DNA of 64,000 bases from Verrucomicrobiia bacterium. GTDB taxonomy: Bacteria; Verrucomicrobiota; Verrucomicrobiia; Limisphaerales; UBA1319. Numbering within the stretch: position 1 is the stretch's first letter; every line of letters starts with the position of its first letter. A program made the translations under genes and the position numbers. Below are positions 37,453 through 48,313 of this stretch, in pieces. The notes below the pieces were generated by a model. It saw only the letters and a list, made by a program, of their open reading frames with translations. It searched no databases and had not been told where the DNA came from. The DNA lies in the NCBI GenBank assembly GCA_963664225.1, contig OY760937.1, positions 1,888,001 to 1,952,000 on the forward strand, in the 5' to 3' direction.

Positions 37453-37896
37453 ATGTTTATGAGCGACGATCCAGAGCAAACAGCAGAGATCAAGGTGTAT
37501 GACCTCACCGAATCCGAAGCATCCTTCACGCCCAGACGCATTCTGATGCTCGAAGACGAAATCGAGTTCAGCAAAATCATCAAAGAGCTTTTGGAATCCC
37601 ATGGGTGCGTCGTGACTTGCGTTGGCAGCGGCACAGAGGGTTTCAAATGCGTCATGACTCAGGATTTTGACATCATTCTCTGTGACCTGCTCATGCCGAC
37701 CTTGCCTGGAGATATGTTTTACCTGGCGATTGAAAAAACCAGGCCCAAGCTCTGCAAGCGGTTCATTTTCATCTCGGGACACCGGGCCGATCCGCGCTGG
37801 GAGGCTTTCATCAAAAAGATCAACGGCATCATTTTGTGGAAGCCCTTCCCCACGGACGAACTTCTCGCAACCATAGATAGAGTGCTCGCATTTTAG
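37453..37896 (+). CDS. Single-domain response regulator
   Basis: ILMLEDE, CDLLMP, FISG, WKPF. Confidence 0.88.
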   Translation: MFMSDDPEQTAEIKVYDLTESEASFTPRRILMLEDEIEFSKIIKELLESHGCVVTCVGSGTEGFKCVMTQDFDIILCDLLMPTLPGDMFYLAIEKTRPKLCKRFIFISGHRADPRWEAFIKKINGIILWKPFPTDELLATIDRVLAF

Positions 37897-38003
37897 TTTA
37901 TTCGAGATCCAACCAGTCTGGCAGCCTGTCCCTGCATCTTCCACTTACTTTCCGCTGGCCTCCATTGGCGGATTCCTTCCTGCGGCTATACCGCGCCCTG
38001 CAC

Positions 38004-40007
38004 TTAATCCAATAATTGGGCGGCGATCCGGCGGGCCTGCTCGATGAGCTTCAAATCGGTCGCCAGATTGCCAAAACGGAAGGGGGGAAGGCCGCTCTGA
38101 TGACTGCCCAAAAACTCACCTGGTCCGCGCAGCGCCATATCCTCCTCCGCAATGCGAAAACCATCGTTCGTTTCCGCCATCACTTTTAAACGCTGAATGG
38201 CCTCGGGAGTTTTGGCCTCTGCAATGAGAATGCACCAGGATGCCTGGCCGCCCCGCCCGATGCGCCCCCGCAACTGGTGCAGTTGGGCGAGGCCGAAACG
38301 ATCGGCGTTCTCGATGACCATCACCGTGGCGTTGGGCACGTCCACGCCGACCTCGATCACGGATGTGGCGAGCAGCACCCCGAGACGCCCCTCGCGGAAT
38401 TCTTTCATCACGCGCTCCTTTTCCACTGCGCTCATGCGGCCGTGCAACAATTCAACGCTGGAAGGAGCAAGGACGCGCCGTACGTTTTCCAATTCCGCGG
38501 TCACCGCCTTTAATCCGGCCACCTCCGGCGCATCGATCAAGGGATACACCACGCAAGCCTGGCGGCCTTTCGCCAATTGCTGGCGCACAAACTCCCAGAC
38601 TTTGGGGAGGCGGTCGGCCCCGCGAACGAAGGTGCGGACCTGGTTGCGGCCCAGACCCAGCCCCACACTGGGGGACTGGTCGAGCACTGTGATCTCCAGA
38701 TCGCCATAGAGCGTGAGGCCCAAGGTGCGGGGAATGGGTGTGGCGGTCATCACCAATAAATGCGGGTAATGCCCTTTGCGCAGCAGACGTTCCCTCTGGG
38801 AAACACCGAATTTGTGCTGTTCATCGATGATGACCAGTCCAAGTTTTTCGATCGTAAAGCCCTCTTCCACCAGGGCGTGCGTGCCAATGACCATCTGCGG
38901 TCGGGAGGACTCAAACAGGGTTTCCGACTCGGTTTTGATCGCACCCGTTTGCAGCAGAACTTCAATCCCCAGCGGTTCGAACCAGCGACAGAAATTATTA
39001 AAATGCTGGCTGGCCAGAATTTCCGTGGGGGCCATAAGCGCCACGTTGTAACCGCTCTCCAGAGTCATCAGCGCACAGGCGGCGGCGACCACCGTCTTGC
39101 CGGAACCCACATCGCCCTGAAGAAGTCGCCGCATCGGCTCCCCGCCAGCAAGGGCGGCCCGCAGTTCCCGCAGAACGCGCTTCTGGGCGTCGGTCAATTC
39201 AAAGCCCAAAGTGGCCAGCCAGGGTTTCATCCAATGATTATCCCCCGCGCATCGCAGGGGCGAGGCATTGCTCATGAGCTTGCGGCGGCGTCGTTGCAGG
39301 GAGAGCTGCAATTCGATGAATTCGTCCAGGGCCAGCCGTTCCCGCGCACGGCTGGCATCGGCAGATTCCGCTGGAAAATGGAGCGATTGAATGGCTTGGG
39401 CGCGGGATGGCCACCCGTTCACGTTCAATGCGGAATGCGGTTCCGGCAGAGACGCCCCGACGGATTGCACCATGCGCCAGACCAGGGAGCGGAGCGTTCG
39501 CTGTGTGAGTCCCTCGGTGAGTGGATAGACAGGGACGATGCGGCCCAAGTGGATGTTATCCGCCCCCGTATCCGCCTCGATCAATTCCGTTTCGGGATGA
39601 TCCATGGTGCGCGGTTTGACGGAAAGCGGTTTTCCAAAGACCATCACATGCTGGCCAATTTGAAAGCGATGTTGCATGAAGGGCAGATTCCACCATCGGC
39701 AATGCAGCCGGGCGGTGCCGTCGTCGATCACCATTTCAAATATCGATTGAGTGCGCTGCCGGAAATACTTCAAGCCCTGAACCACAATGGAGCCCTGAAC
39801 GATGGCGGGTTGGTCAAGGACAAGATCATGAATGGGAAGGAAATGGCGGCGATCTTCATAACGCCGCGGGCGCAAAAGCAATAAATCACCGATGGAATGA
39901 CATTTTATGCGGGCCAGCAACGATAAGCGGTCAGGCCCGACCCCGCCGACTTCGGAAAGGGGGGTGTCCACGGTCCATTGGATTGGCGTCTTTGCTGCCT
40001 CTGTCAT
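38004..40007 (-). CDS. recG: ATP-dependent DNA helicase RecG
   Basis: PRRYEDR, LLQGDVGSGKT, APTEILA.QH, IDEQHKFG, MTATPIPRTL, QLHQLRGRIGRG, RGPGE. Confidence 0.98.
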   Translation of the reverse strand: MTEAAKTPIQWTVDTPLSEVGGVGPDRLSLLARIKCHSIGDLLLLRPRRYEDRRHFLPIHDLVLDQPAIVQGSIVVQGLKYFRQRTQSIFEMVIDDGTARLHCRWWNLPFMQHRFQIGQHVMVFGKPLSVKPRTMDHPETELIEADTGADNIHLGRIVPVYPLTEGLTQRTLRSLVWRMVQSVGASLPEPHSALNVNGWPSRAQAIQSLHFPAESADASRARERLALDEFIELQLSLQRRRRKLMSNASPLRCAGDNHWMKPWLATLGFELTDAQKRVLRELRAALAGGEPMRRLLQGDVGSGKTVVAAACALMTLESGYNVALMAPTEILASQHFNNFCRWFEPLGIEVLLQTGAIKTESETLFESSRPQMVIGTHALVEEGFTIEKLGLVIIDEQHKFGVSQRERLLRKGHYPHLLVMTATPIPRTLGLTLYGDLEITVLDQSPSVGLGLGRNQVRTFVRGADRLPKVWEFVRQQLAKGRQACVVYPLIDAPEVAGLKAVTAELENVRRVLAPSSVELLHGRMSAVEKERVMKEFREGRLGVLLATSVIEVGVDVPNATVMVIENADRFGLAQLHQLRGRIGRGGQASWCILIAEAKTPEAIQRLKVMAETNDGFRIAEEDMALRGPGEFLGSHQSGLPPFRFGNLATDLKLIEQARRIAAQLLD

Positions 40008-40084
40008 GTGCTCTTGTCAAAACCAGCATGGGACAAACAAAGACGATGGCCAAGGGAATATTCCATTGGCCGCAGAACAAGAGC

Positions 40085-40324
40085 CTATTTCAACTTCGCA
40101 TGGCTGCCATCGCAGAATGGCTTTGTATTGGTGTGTTTGCAACCGCACCAAGCGACTTGTTTGCTTTCCATGATCTCGGCTTTTACGGGCGTAAATTCGC
40201 TCCCTTTATGCGAGCCGTTACAGAACGGCTGCGTGGCGGATTTGCCGCACGCACACCACCAGTAAGATCCGGGCTCCATTTTTTGAACATACGGCCCCTT
40301 TTGAGCAATGACAGGTTCAGACAT
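40085..40324 (-). CDS. CDGSH iron-sulfur protein (two CDGSH motifs)
   Basis: WCACGKSATQPFCNGSH and WCGCKHTNTKPFCDGSH. Confidence 0.95.
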   Translation of the reverse strand: MSEPVIAQKGPYVQKMEPGSYWWCACGKSATQPFCNGSHKGSEFTPVKAEIMESKQVAWCGCKHTNTKPFCDGSHAKLK

Positions 40325-40721
40325 ATTATTTTCCTTTGATTTAAAACCCACCTTTCATGGAAAGCCACAAATGAACTGAGAAACAGCATAGTCCCTACGC
40401 TGAGAAAAGCAACCAGGCGGGAAACCGCCAAAATATTGCGCCCTGCTTGTTATCGGTCCGGGCTGCCTCCCTAACCCAACTTCAAGCAGGGCGTTTCTCC
40501 AGTTTCTTATGGAAAAAACCTGTGCGAGGCCGTAACGACGTACGGCCCATTGAAAATTTCTTACCCGCTACTTTCCGTATTGTCTAATGAAACCATAAAT
40601 ACCGATCCAATGTTTTCAAATCAAACGCGGAAACAACCAGCCAATTCCATAAGTAACACAGATCTTCGCGAATGCAAATGCATCCCGCGCATGTATTGGC
40701 AGGTAAAGGCACTGAGCTGCA

Positions 40722-41438
40722 TTACAGCTTTCGCCACTTGATGTTGCGAATGGCGCCAGTGGTGCACCACGTGGCCACGCCGAAGGGTTTGGAGGAATCG
40801 ACCTCCATGCGCGTGCTCATTTTGTGATCCTCGATCTTGAAATCGATAACGCGTTCCTCGTCCAGCCAGACCTGAATTTTTTCGTCCGTCACCTTAACCC
40901 GGACATGATACCACTGACCCTGTTTGAAAGACCGGAACGAGGTGGTCTGATTACTGGAGGCGTCGTTACCATCGATGCTCGAAATACCCACCACTCCCCC
41001 ACCCCAGCCACCGAGAATCAGCGAGCAGTATTCCTTTTTAACAGGAAACGTCAGGCCGCAAAAGAAATCCGAACCGTCCACGCGCATGCCGTCCAGGACC
41101 ACCTCGTATTGGGTCCGCGGCACGTCATTGGTCCAGGTGATGCCGGTCATGTTATTACCCAGACCGATAACGATGTGGTCCTTGTCCACGGTCACCTCTC
41201 CCTTGCCTGCGAAATCCGTTTCCTTCCAACCCTTGAGGGTTTTGCCGTCAAAGAGACTTTCCCACCCGTAAGTGACCTCGTCGGTTGAGGCCGTTTTGGA
41301 TGCGGCTGTCGGCGCATTGGTTTTTACAGGAACCGGCGCATTCGTGTCGTCCGCAGCCAGCGATAATCCAGCGCTCAGGCCCAGGCCGATTACCGCCGCG
41401 CAGGCCATCCGCGCCCATTGTGAAAGACTGATTTTCAT
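40722..41438 (-). CDS. Secreted DUF1080 family protein
   Basis: Signal peptide from MKISLSQW; WESLFDGKTLKGW, RVDGSDFFCGLTFP, GGWGGGVVGISSIDG, WYHVRV. Confidence 0.9.
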   Translation of the reverse strand: MKISLSQWARMACAAVIGLGLSAGLSLAADDTNAPVPVKTNAPTAASKTASTDEVTYGWESLFDGKTLKGWKETDFAGKGEVTVDKDHIVIGLGNNMTGITWTNDVPRTQYEVVLDGMRVDGSDFFCGLTFPVKKEYCSLILGGWGGGVVGISSIDGNDASSNQTTSFRSFKQGQWYHVRVKVTDEKIQVWLDEERVIDFKIEDHKMSTRMEVDSSKPFGVATWCTTGAIRNIKWRKL

Positions 41439-41537
41439 AAGTATTCCAAATTCGATTTTGCTTTTGCGTAATTTACACGGGCCGACCCCAAAAGTCAGCA
41501 CTGAATCCGCTGGCCAATTTTCGGAAATGATGTTTGC

Positions 41538-42485
41538 ATGGCGTCCATGCAACTCGTTCGGCGTGCGGTCATCGACGTTGGAACCAACTCTGTCAAGTTA
41601 TTGGTGGGGGAGGCCAATGGCGTCAAGGTGATCCCGTGTCTGGAACTGAGCCTGCAAACCCGTTTGGGGCGAGGGTTTTATCCCGCTCACAAGTTACAGG
41701 CAAAGGCCATAGCCGAAACAGCGGGCGCGGTCATGACATTCGCCCGCACCGCGCGCGATCAAGGCGCGGTCTCCACCCGGGTCATCGCCACCAGCGCCGC
41801 GCGGGACGCAGTCAACGCCGCCGACCTTATTGCCGCCATTCAAAAGTCGTCCGGTCTGGAAACTGAAATTATTTCAGGGGAGAAGGAGGCGCAATGGGCC
41901 TATCGCGGGATCGCCACCGATCCGCGCTTTGCCGGAAAACCGTTACTGGTCATTGAGGTGGGAGGCGGAAGCACACAGGTGGTCTTTGCAGATGCGGAGA
42001 ACCAACCCGTCTGCCATAGTTTCAAGTTGGGATCGGTCCGTCTCCTTGAGAAATTGTCAAAAGACGATCCGCCGCCACCCGGTGAATTAGCCGCCTGCCG
42101 GGCGCATGTGCGGGACTTCCTGAATCTTCACATGCGGCCTGCCATAGCGGACGCGCTCAAGAATTACCCCAATGGCACGATTCAGCTCGTTGGCTCCGGC
42201 GGCACCGCCAGCGTGCTCTGTTCCATGCGCCTGGGACTGACTCACTTTGACCGCGAGGCCATCGAATCGGTCACATTGCTTCGATCGGAGCTGCAAAGAA
42301 CGATGCTTCGCCTCTGGAGCCAGCCCCTGGCCGAGCGTCAAAAAGCTCCAGGTCTGCCACCGGACCGGGCGGATGTGATTCTCACCGGGATCGCCATTCA
42401 CGAAGTGTTGATGGATGCATTTGATTTCAAGACCCTGCGCGCCAGTACGCGGGGCATCAGGTTTGCCGCACTTTTGGAAAATTAA
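41538..42485 (+). CDS. ppx: Ppx/GppA family phosphatase (short form)
   Basis: AVIDVGTNSVKL, ATSAARDA.N, IISGEKEA, EVGGGST, GSGGT, RADVI. Confidence 0.92.
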   Translation: MASMQLVRRAVIDVGTNSVKLLVGEANGVKVIPCLELSLQTRLGRGFYPAHKLQAKAIAETAGAVMTFARTARDQGAVSTRVIATSAARDAVNAADLIAAIQKSSGLETEIISGEKEAQWAYRGIATDPRFAGKPLLVIEVGGGSTQVVFADAENQPVCHSFKLGSVRLLEKLSKDDPPPPGELAACRAHVRDFLNLHMRPAIADALKNYPNGTIQLVGSGGTASVLCSMRLGLTHFDREAIESVTLLRSELQRTMLRLWSQPLAERQKAPGLPPDRADVILTGIAIHEVLMDAFDFKTLRASTRGIRFAALLEN

Positions 42486-42498
42486 ATTAACCGAGCGC

Positions 42499-44361
42499 AT
42501 GATGCCTTCCAACACAAAGGCGCACCCTCAGAAATTCCGTGTCGGCGGAAATGGCGTCGGCCTGTTCCTGTCGTTATTGGCCCTGGCCGCCAATGTTTCC
42601 GCGGAACCGCTCGCGCGGGATGGGTTTGATTACGGTGATGGTCCGCTGGTCGAAGTTTCCTCGGGACTGTGGCGGCATCACAGCGGAAGCACGACCGGCG
42701 AAGTGTGCGTGATCAACGGCGCGGTCCAACTCACTCAAGCCGCCACTGAGGATGTGAATCTTCCCTGGACGCCGCCCACGGCCACAAACAACTCCACCTG
42801 GTACGCCCGGTTTACCGTTCAATTTTCCGAACCACCCAAAGGAGCTTCCGGCGGTTATTTCGCGCATTTCAAAGATGGCGGAAATGGATTTCGGTGCCGT
42901 ATTTTTGGAACCACGAACGGCGCGGCCCCGGGCTGTTTGCGCCTGGGCATTTCCAATGGCGCGAATACCGCCACCAACCTTGCGGCCGCCGATCTGACAC
43001 TTTGGACGACGCACACCATTCTCTGCCGCTACGATGGCGGGAGCGGCGTCTCTGCGTTGTGGGTCGATCCAGCCAACGTCCCCGGTGAGCCTGTCACCGC
43101 CGGGGACACGGTAAAACCGGTGGCGCCGACGGCGTTCGCCTTGCGCCAGAGCGACGGCATTGGTGCATTGGTCGTGGACGATCTCCAATTGGCAACAACG
43201 CTCGAGGATCTGGGTTTTGCGGACGGACCGCCGGCGGCCGCGCCGCCCGCTTTTGAATTCACCAATGTTCTGGAACAACTGGTGCGTCCCGGCGAGGCGA
43301 CCACGAATACTTTTGACGAACTGGCGCTTCAACCCGGAGAGCGATGGATCATGCGAACCCGCATCTCCGGCACTCCAGGATTCGCACTGCAAGTTCAACC
43401 GCCCAATCAGCTCCCAAACGCCGCCCTGCAATGGACGGCGCAAGCCAATGGAGATTCGGAAATCGATGCCGAACTCATCTTCCAGCCTGGCGAATCCGAA
43501 TCCGGGCAGGCTTTTGAATTTTCAATTTCAGCAGATTGTGGCGGGGCCACGAACACCCAAACTGTCAGCGTGTATGTTCCAAATGTGGCGGAACGCGCGT
43601 TGGTTTTGAGCGAGTTTCTGGCCAATCCAACTTCGGACCCCGGTGCGGCGCATTTCAATCCCCTGTCCCGGGAGTTTCCCAGTGACAAACCGGCCACGGA
43701 AGATGAATTCTTGGAATGGGTCAACAACTCGGATGCACCGCTGGACCTTTCCGGATGGACCATTTCTGATGCCATCCGAACACGTCACGCTTTCCCCACG
43801 AACTTCTCTCTGGCAGCCGGCAGCGCGTTGGTCGTTTTTGGCGGCCCCACAAATAATCCGCCCCTGCTCGATATTCCCGCCCTCCCCGCCAGCGAAAGCG
43901 CTTCCGGCCTGGCCTTGAACAATACCGGCACGGAAACGATTCTCCTGCGCAACGCCCAAGGCCGACTCCTCCAGCGCGTCGTCTATGGAGACACTCAACT
44001 TTCCGATACCGGTTCCCTCTCGCGTTGGCCCGATCTCAACGGCGCCTTCCGTCCACAGAACGAACTTTTCACAAATCCCGTCACCCCCGGACGCCAATGG
44101 GATGGCACCCCTTTTGAATCCACTCCACCCACTCCGCCTCCGCAGCCAGTCTTAAAAATCAGACTCAATGAACAGCGCCAATGTGTTCTGGAGTGGGATG
44201 CAGCAACCGCGCATTCCTATCAAGTCTGGAAGGCGGGCACATTGAATGGGCCATTCGAATCCATTCAAACCGGGCTGGAATTCGGAGACGGACATGGACT
44301 GTTCATCGATCCGGACACAACCCTGGAGAACAATCAGTATTACCGCGTCAGCACGCCGTAG
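42499..44361 (+). CDS. Secreted lamin-tail-domain protein with C-terminal YYRV domain
   Basis: Signal peptide; LSEFLANP...DEFLEWVN....LDLSGWTISD...LVVFGG...LNNTGTETI (LTD); ends QYYRVSTP. Confidence 0.85.
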   Translation: MMPSNTKAHPQKFRVGGNGVGLFLSLLALAANVSAEPLARDGFDYGDGPLVEVSSGLWRHHSGSTTGEVCVINGAVQLTQAATEDVNLPWTPPTATNNSTWYARFTVQFSEPPKGASGGYFAHFKDGGNGFRCRIFGTTNGAAPGCLRLGISNGANTATNLAAADLTLWTTHTILCRYDGGSGVSALWVDPANVPGEPVTAGDTVKPVAPTAFALRQSDGIGALVVDDLQLATTLEDLGFADGPPAAAPPAFEFTNVLEQLVRPGEATTNTFDELALQPGERWIMRTRISGTPGFALQVQPPNQLPNAALQWTAQANGDSEIDAELIFQPGESESGQAFEFSISADCGGATNTQTVSVYVPNVAERALVLSEFLANPTSDPGAAHFNPLSREFPSDKPATEDEFLEWVNNSDAPLDLSGWTISDAIRTRHAFPTNFSLAAGSALVVFGGPTNNPPLLDIPALPASESASGLALNNTGTETILLRNAQGRLLQRVVYGDTQLSDTGSLSRWPDLNGAFRPQNELFTNPVTPGRQWDGTPFESTPPTPPPQPVLKIRLNEQRQCVLEWDAATAHSYQVWKAGTLNGPFESIQTGLEFGDGHGLFIDPDTTLENNQYYRVSTP

Positions 44362-44377
44362 GACTTGATCGCAAAGC

Positions 44378-44406
44378 AAAAAGGTCGCAGCGGACTGCGA
44401 CCTTTT
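44378..44406. terminator. Bidirectional intrinsic terminator between convergent genes
   Basis: AAAAGGTCGCAG-CGGA-CTGCGACCTTTT perfect inverted repeat. Confidence 0.85.
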
Positions 44407-44457
44407 GACTTACTCAGACCAAACCTGACGGGAAGACCCTGCCCAAAGGGGCTGCGC

Positions 44458-47400
44458 TTATTCAGTCCGCACGCGATAAAATCTCGGTTCGTCTCCGACC
44501 GCATTGTCCGTATAATCCATATCCCAACCCGTTCCCTGGAGACCTGTGGCCAGGGTAACCCAGACGGGATCGGTCAGCGAGGGAGAGTATTCCATGACGT
44601 AGGCTTTGCCCGCCACACTGGGCCAGCGCAGTGTGACAGCGGCAGGAGCATCCTTGGCGTTCCTGGCGCTGTTAAGCCGCAGCGACGAATTCCGATCCAC
44701 GGGACTCGTCCCGGCGCGATATTCCTGCAGGTTGGTCATGCCATCGCCATCCGCGTCAGCGGAAGCGGCGGAAAGCAGATTCGAGATGGTACTGAAATGG
44801 CGCAGACGCCATTGATCAGGAATGCCGTCGTTCATGCTCGAAGCGCTCCGGTCTGCCAGCGTGACCAGGCCCTGTTCGAATTGATTGGGCAGAATACCCA
44901 AGCCATTCGGCGAGGCGGAGATGTGTGCAAAGGAGATCTTGTAGGCCGACTGGGCCGTGGCCGTGGCGGGAATTTTGATCACCAGAGTGCCGACCTCATT
45001 CGCACCCCACACTCCGACCGCATTATTATCCAGCCACGCGGCCCCGTATTGAGCGGGGGTGCTGGACGATGCGTAAGTCGGATTGCCCAGACCCGAGGCG
45101 GGAACAAATTGCACTGGATCGACAATCGCCGGGGAGCCGTCCATGGCCGGGACATTCAAGCTCATCATCATCACACGAATGGGATATTTCCCCGAAATCA
45201 CGGCTTTTATAGGCACGTAAACGGTCTGTCCGGGTTCTGCGCGAAAATCCCCGGCCACAAAGCGAACGGCAGGTTTATCGGTGGACTGCAGGATGGTGGC
45301 GGCCTCGGCAGGCAAGGTTGCTGAACTGGCGGAAGTGCGGGTCACTGGCGCGGCCCCCGCGTGTCCACGGAAGTTGTTTGTGGAGTATCTCCAGCTCAAT
45401 GCCCCGTTAGTCCAGTAACGATAGATCCAGTTCAGACCCGGATCGAGCGAGCGGCGAAATGTGGTGTAAACATCCGTTACATCCAGTTGACCATCCCCAA
45501 AAACAATGTTGTTGATGGAAGCATCGTTGCCATCCAACGATTGGTGTGTGCCATCGGAGGAATCCAGGGCGGCGTAAAAGTCGCTTTTCACCGGAGGCCG
45601 ATTAAGCCCGTAACCGGCAATTGAAACGCTTTGGTCGCCGAGATAAAGGTACCACATCGATTGAAATACCTGCAAAACATCGTTGTTAAGCAATGTGCCA
45701 TCACCAAAGTCCCCCGCGTTAAACCAGCGGAACGGCGCCACATCCCCGACAATGTAGCCCGGATTCTGCACCGCAACATTCTTGATCGCGTTGATCCTTC
45801 CGGCCGTCAGGGAACCATTGGTCGGGGTGTCGATATAGACATCCTGCGCAATGCCGTCAGACGTTGCGGAGGGACGCCCAAGGCGCACCTGGTAGTTGTC
45901 ATTCGATCTGGCATTCAATGGGATTTTAAAAGAGTACGCGCCAACGATGACTTTCCCATCCTTGCTTAAATACAGGTAATCGTGCGCGCTGGAGTACGTG
46001 ATCAAGTCCTGTTTGGTGGTGTCGAAGAGGTTTGTCATCGTGGCCCTCTCCAGCCAGCCCACACCGAGCAGGTTTGCGGACGCATTGGTGAACAAGAGGT
46101 TTGTGAATACATCCACCAGGCCACTATTGGTCACAAACACAGTCGTCAAATACATGGAAGGCGGTATTTTCTCAAACACTGGCGGCGTGATGCCGGGGAT
46201 GGGCCTCATCAACATGGAATCGAAAGTAAAAGCCCCGGGCTGGATGGAGGGGGCCGCGGCGACATTTGTTACGGTGGTATTGAACTGAAGCGAATACATG
46301 GTGGCGCCGGGTAGGAGCGACAGGGTCACCGGCGCCGCAAACCACTGCCCCGCCGCGCCGACAAACTGGCTGGAAGCCTCGCCATTCTCAAAGCCAAAGG
46401 AGATTCGATTCGCGGAGAACTGATTGGGAACAAATGTCTTGGTGACAATCTCGCTGGATTGATAATTATCACGGAAGGCCTGCGCATACATGGTGACTGG
46501 TTTGTCGATGTCGATGGAGGCAAACTCGCCATCCAGGAAGACCTTTGGGCTCTTGTCACGGGGAACCTCTAACTTGCCGGATGCATTGGTGATCACCCCT
46601 TCGAGGGAATAGTAGATCTGCGCGCCCACCGTGTAATCCTTGAACTGGAATGTGCCCGGGTTGTCCCCGACAATCTGCGGCGGCGCAGTGATAAACTGCA
46701 GGCGCGCCTGAACGACGGGACTGGGCCGGCGTCCCTGCTGGCTGCCAATCGCCTTGAGAGTGATATCGGTGGCATCCGAGGTTTTGCTATCCACAATGCT
46801 GCTGGGGGCTTTGTCAGGCGAGACACCATCAAAGTACGGCGGGGCGGCCTCCCCGACGACGCCCGGGCTGGGAACGGGAATCGTGTCCGATTCCGACAAG
46901 CCGGGAGTGTGTCCCTTGGTGTAGTATATGGTATTTAGCTCGCCCATAATGGCGATGATTTGATCGTTGTTGAAGACTTCATTCGTGAACGCCACCAGTC
47001 GTGTGACCTGCACTCCAATACTATTGGTCGCGATTGCCACGTAGCCGATGACCGGGGTCTGAACTTGCGGACGGGGTTGGTCGATTTGAATGCGGCGAAG
47101 CGCGTTGTTGCCCGAATCCACGATCATCCATCCACCCTCCTGATCCCGGGCCAAGGCCTGCGGAATGAAGAACCGGCTGGCTTCCACGGATCCGTCCTGG
47201 AACCCCGGATGCTGCATCGCGCCCGCATAAGTCTCAACGCTCCAATAGATATTAGGGTCGCCAATGGAAGCGAAATAGTCGTTCAAGTCCGGATCCTGAT
47301 AAATCCGGCGCAGGGCATTATTACCCGCATCCGCCACAATCAGGCCCGTGATCCCTCCGGCCCAAAGCAGCCCGCCCGGAGCGTTGAAGCGCGCGACATT

Positions 47401-48129
47401 TGCAAATAAGTCGTCGATGGCTCCCGCCTCTCCGGAAGTGCTGCCCGCCAGATGCGAAACCGTATAAGTAGTGTTGGTGCCGGTGCCCGATGGAGTGAGG
47501 GCTTTGATCGAATGGTTGCGCGTGTCCGAGACAAAAATGGTCCCGCTCGCCGGATCCAGGGCCATGCCGCTGGGCTCATTGAAACCGGAGGCAATGACCG
47601 TGACATAGTTGTTCGCATCCAGCCTGCGGATCACTCCGTTCTTGGTGTCCGCAATAAAAAGATTTTGCCCGTCGGTGGCCAGTGCCGCCGGATTGTTCAA
47701 ATGAACTTCAGACGCCTTGCCATCCGTCGGGGCGCCCTGGACATTGGTAAATCCAACCAGATTGCTCACCACGGTAAGCGCGCGGCTGGTATCGACAAAT
47801 CGAATAAGATGATTGCCCGAATCAGCGACAGCCAATCCGCCCCGGAAGGCCGCGACTCCCTTTGGGGCGTAGAATTGGGCGAACATTCCCAGGCCGTTGG
47901 TGTAGCCGGCGGAATTCTTGATGCCTGCCAGGGCCGTCAGCACGCCGGTGTTCGAGTCATACTTCAAGACGCGATGGCTGCTATCGGTCAGATAACAGAT
48001 ATTGGCCTGATCGATCGTCAACCCGTAAGGTTCAAAGAGACCGCTGTTTAGAACCGTATTGACCATGGGGCCGGCCTGCGCCAGCCAGGGCAGCAAAGCC
48101 ACTGCACAGCAAGTTAAAAATCGTTTCAT
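44458..48129 (-). CDS. Large secreted NHL-repeat / cohesin-like / dockerin-like / cohesin-like protein, paralogue 3
   Basis: Signal peptide; NHL repeats (VADSGNHLIR, IADTKNGVIR, VSDTRNHSIK); VGDVAPFRWFNAGDFGDG...GDGQLDVTDV; IPDQWRLRHF...DADGDGMTNLQEYRAGTSP; ends FYRVRTE. Confidence 0.85.
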   Translation of the reverse strand: MKRFLTCCAVALLPWLAQAGPMVNTVLNSGLFEPYGLTIDQANICYLTDSSHRVLKYDSNTGVLTALAGIKNSAGYTNGLGMFAQFYAPKGVAAFRGGLAVADSGNHLIRFVDTSRALTVVSNLVGFTNVQGAPTDGKASEVHLNNPAALATDGQNLFIADTKNGVIRRLDANNYVTVIASGFNEPSGMALDPASGTIFVSDTRNHSIKALTPSGTGTNTTYTVSHLAGSTSGEAGAIDDLFANVARFNAPGGLLWAGGITGLIVADAGNNALRRIYQDPDLNDYFASIGDPNIYWSVETYAGAMQHPGFQDGSVEASRFFIPQALARDQEGGWMIVDSGNNALRRIQIDQPRPQVQTPVIGYVAIATNSIGVQVTRLVAFTNEVFNNDQIIAIMGELNTIYYTKGHTPGLSESDTIPVPSPGVVGEAAPPYFDGVSPDKAPSSIVDSKTSDATDITLKAIGSQQGRRPSPVVQARLQFITAPPQIVGDNPGTFQFKDYTVGAQIYYSLEGVITNASGKLEVPRDKSPKVFLDGEFASIDIDKPVTMYAQAFRDNYQSSEIVTKTFVPNQFSANRISFGFENGEASSQFVGAAGQWFAAPVTLSLLPGATMYSLQFNTTVTNVAAAPSIQPGAFTFDSMLMRPIPGITPPVFEKIPPSMYLTTVFVTNSGLVDVFTNLLFTNASANLLGVGWLERATMTNLFDTTKQDLITYSSAHDYLYLSKDGKVIVGAYSFKIPLNARSNDNYQVRLGRPSATSDGIAQDVYIDTPTNGSLTAGRINAIKNVAVQNPGYIVGDVAPFRWFNAGDFGDGTLLNNDVLQVFQSMWYLYLGDQSVSIAGYGLNRPPVKSDFYAALDSSDGTHQSLDGNDASINNIVFGDGQLDVTDVYTTFRRSLDPGLNWIYRYWTNGALSWRYSTNNFRGHAGAAPVTRTSASSATLPAEAATILQSTDKPAVRFVAGDFRAEPGQTVYVPIKAVISGKYPIRVMMMSLNVPAMDGSPAIVDPVQFVPASGLGNPTYASSSTPAQYGAAWLDNNAVGVWGANEVGTLVIKIPATATAQSAYKISFAHISASPNGLGILPNQFEQGLVTLADRSASSMNDGIPDQWRLRHFSTISNLLSAASADADGDGMTNLQEYRAGTSPVDRNSSLRLNSARNAKDAPAAVTLRWPSVAGKAYVMEYSPSLTDPVWVTLATGLQGTGWDMDYTDNAVGDEPRFYRVRTE

Positions 48130-48219
48130 ATTCGCCTGTAAAATCTTTTTCTGGCCGTGTTTAATTTCAAAACCAACAACTGCGTTAAACCCACGCTTTC
48201 AATACACCGACTTCAACAT

Positions 48220-48252
48220 AAAAAGGGACGCCCCATTCCCGGAAGCGCCCCC
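48220..48252 (-). terminator. Terminator-like hairpin between paralogues 2 and 3
   Basis: Minus strand GGGGCGCTTC...GGGGCGTCCC-TTTT (with G-U pairs). Confidence 0.55.
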
Positions 48253-48313
48253 ATGAGTTTTTCATTCAAAGAGGGCTGGACGAACTTTTCCGCCCGGCCC
48301 GTCGGAACGCATT

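Noticed and set aside
38760..39884. 374 aa plus-strand ORF
   Set aside because: Antisense shadow of recG.
44365..45324. 319 aa plus-strand ORF
   Set aside because: Crosses a bidirectional terminator and is antisense to NHL paralogue 3.
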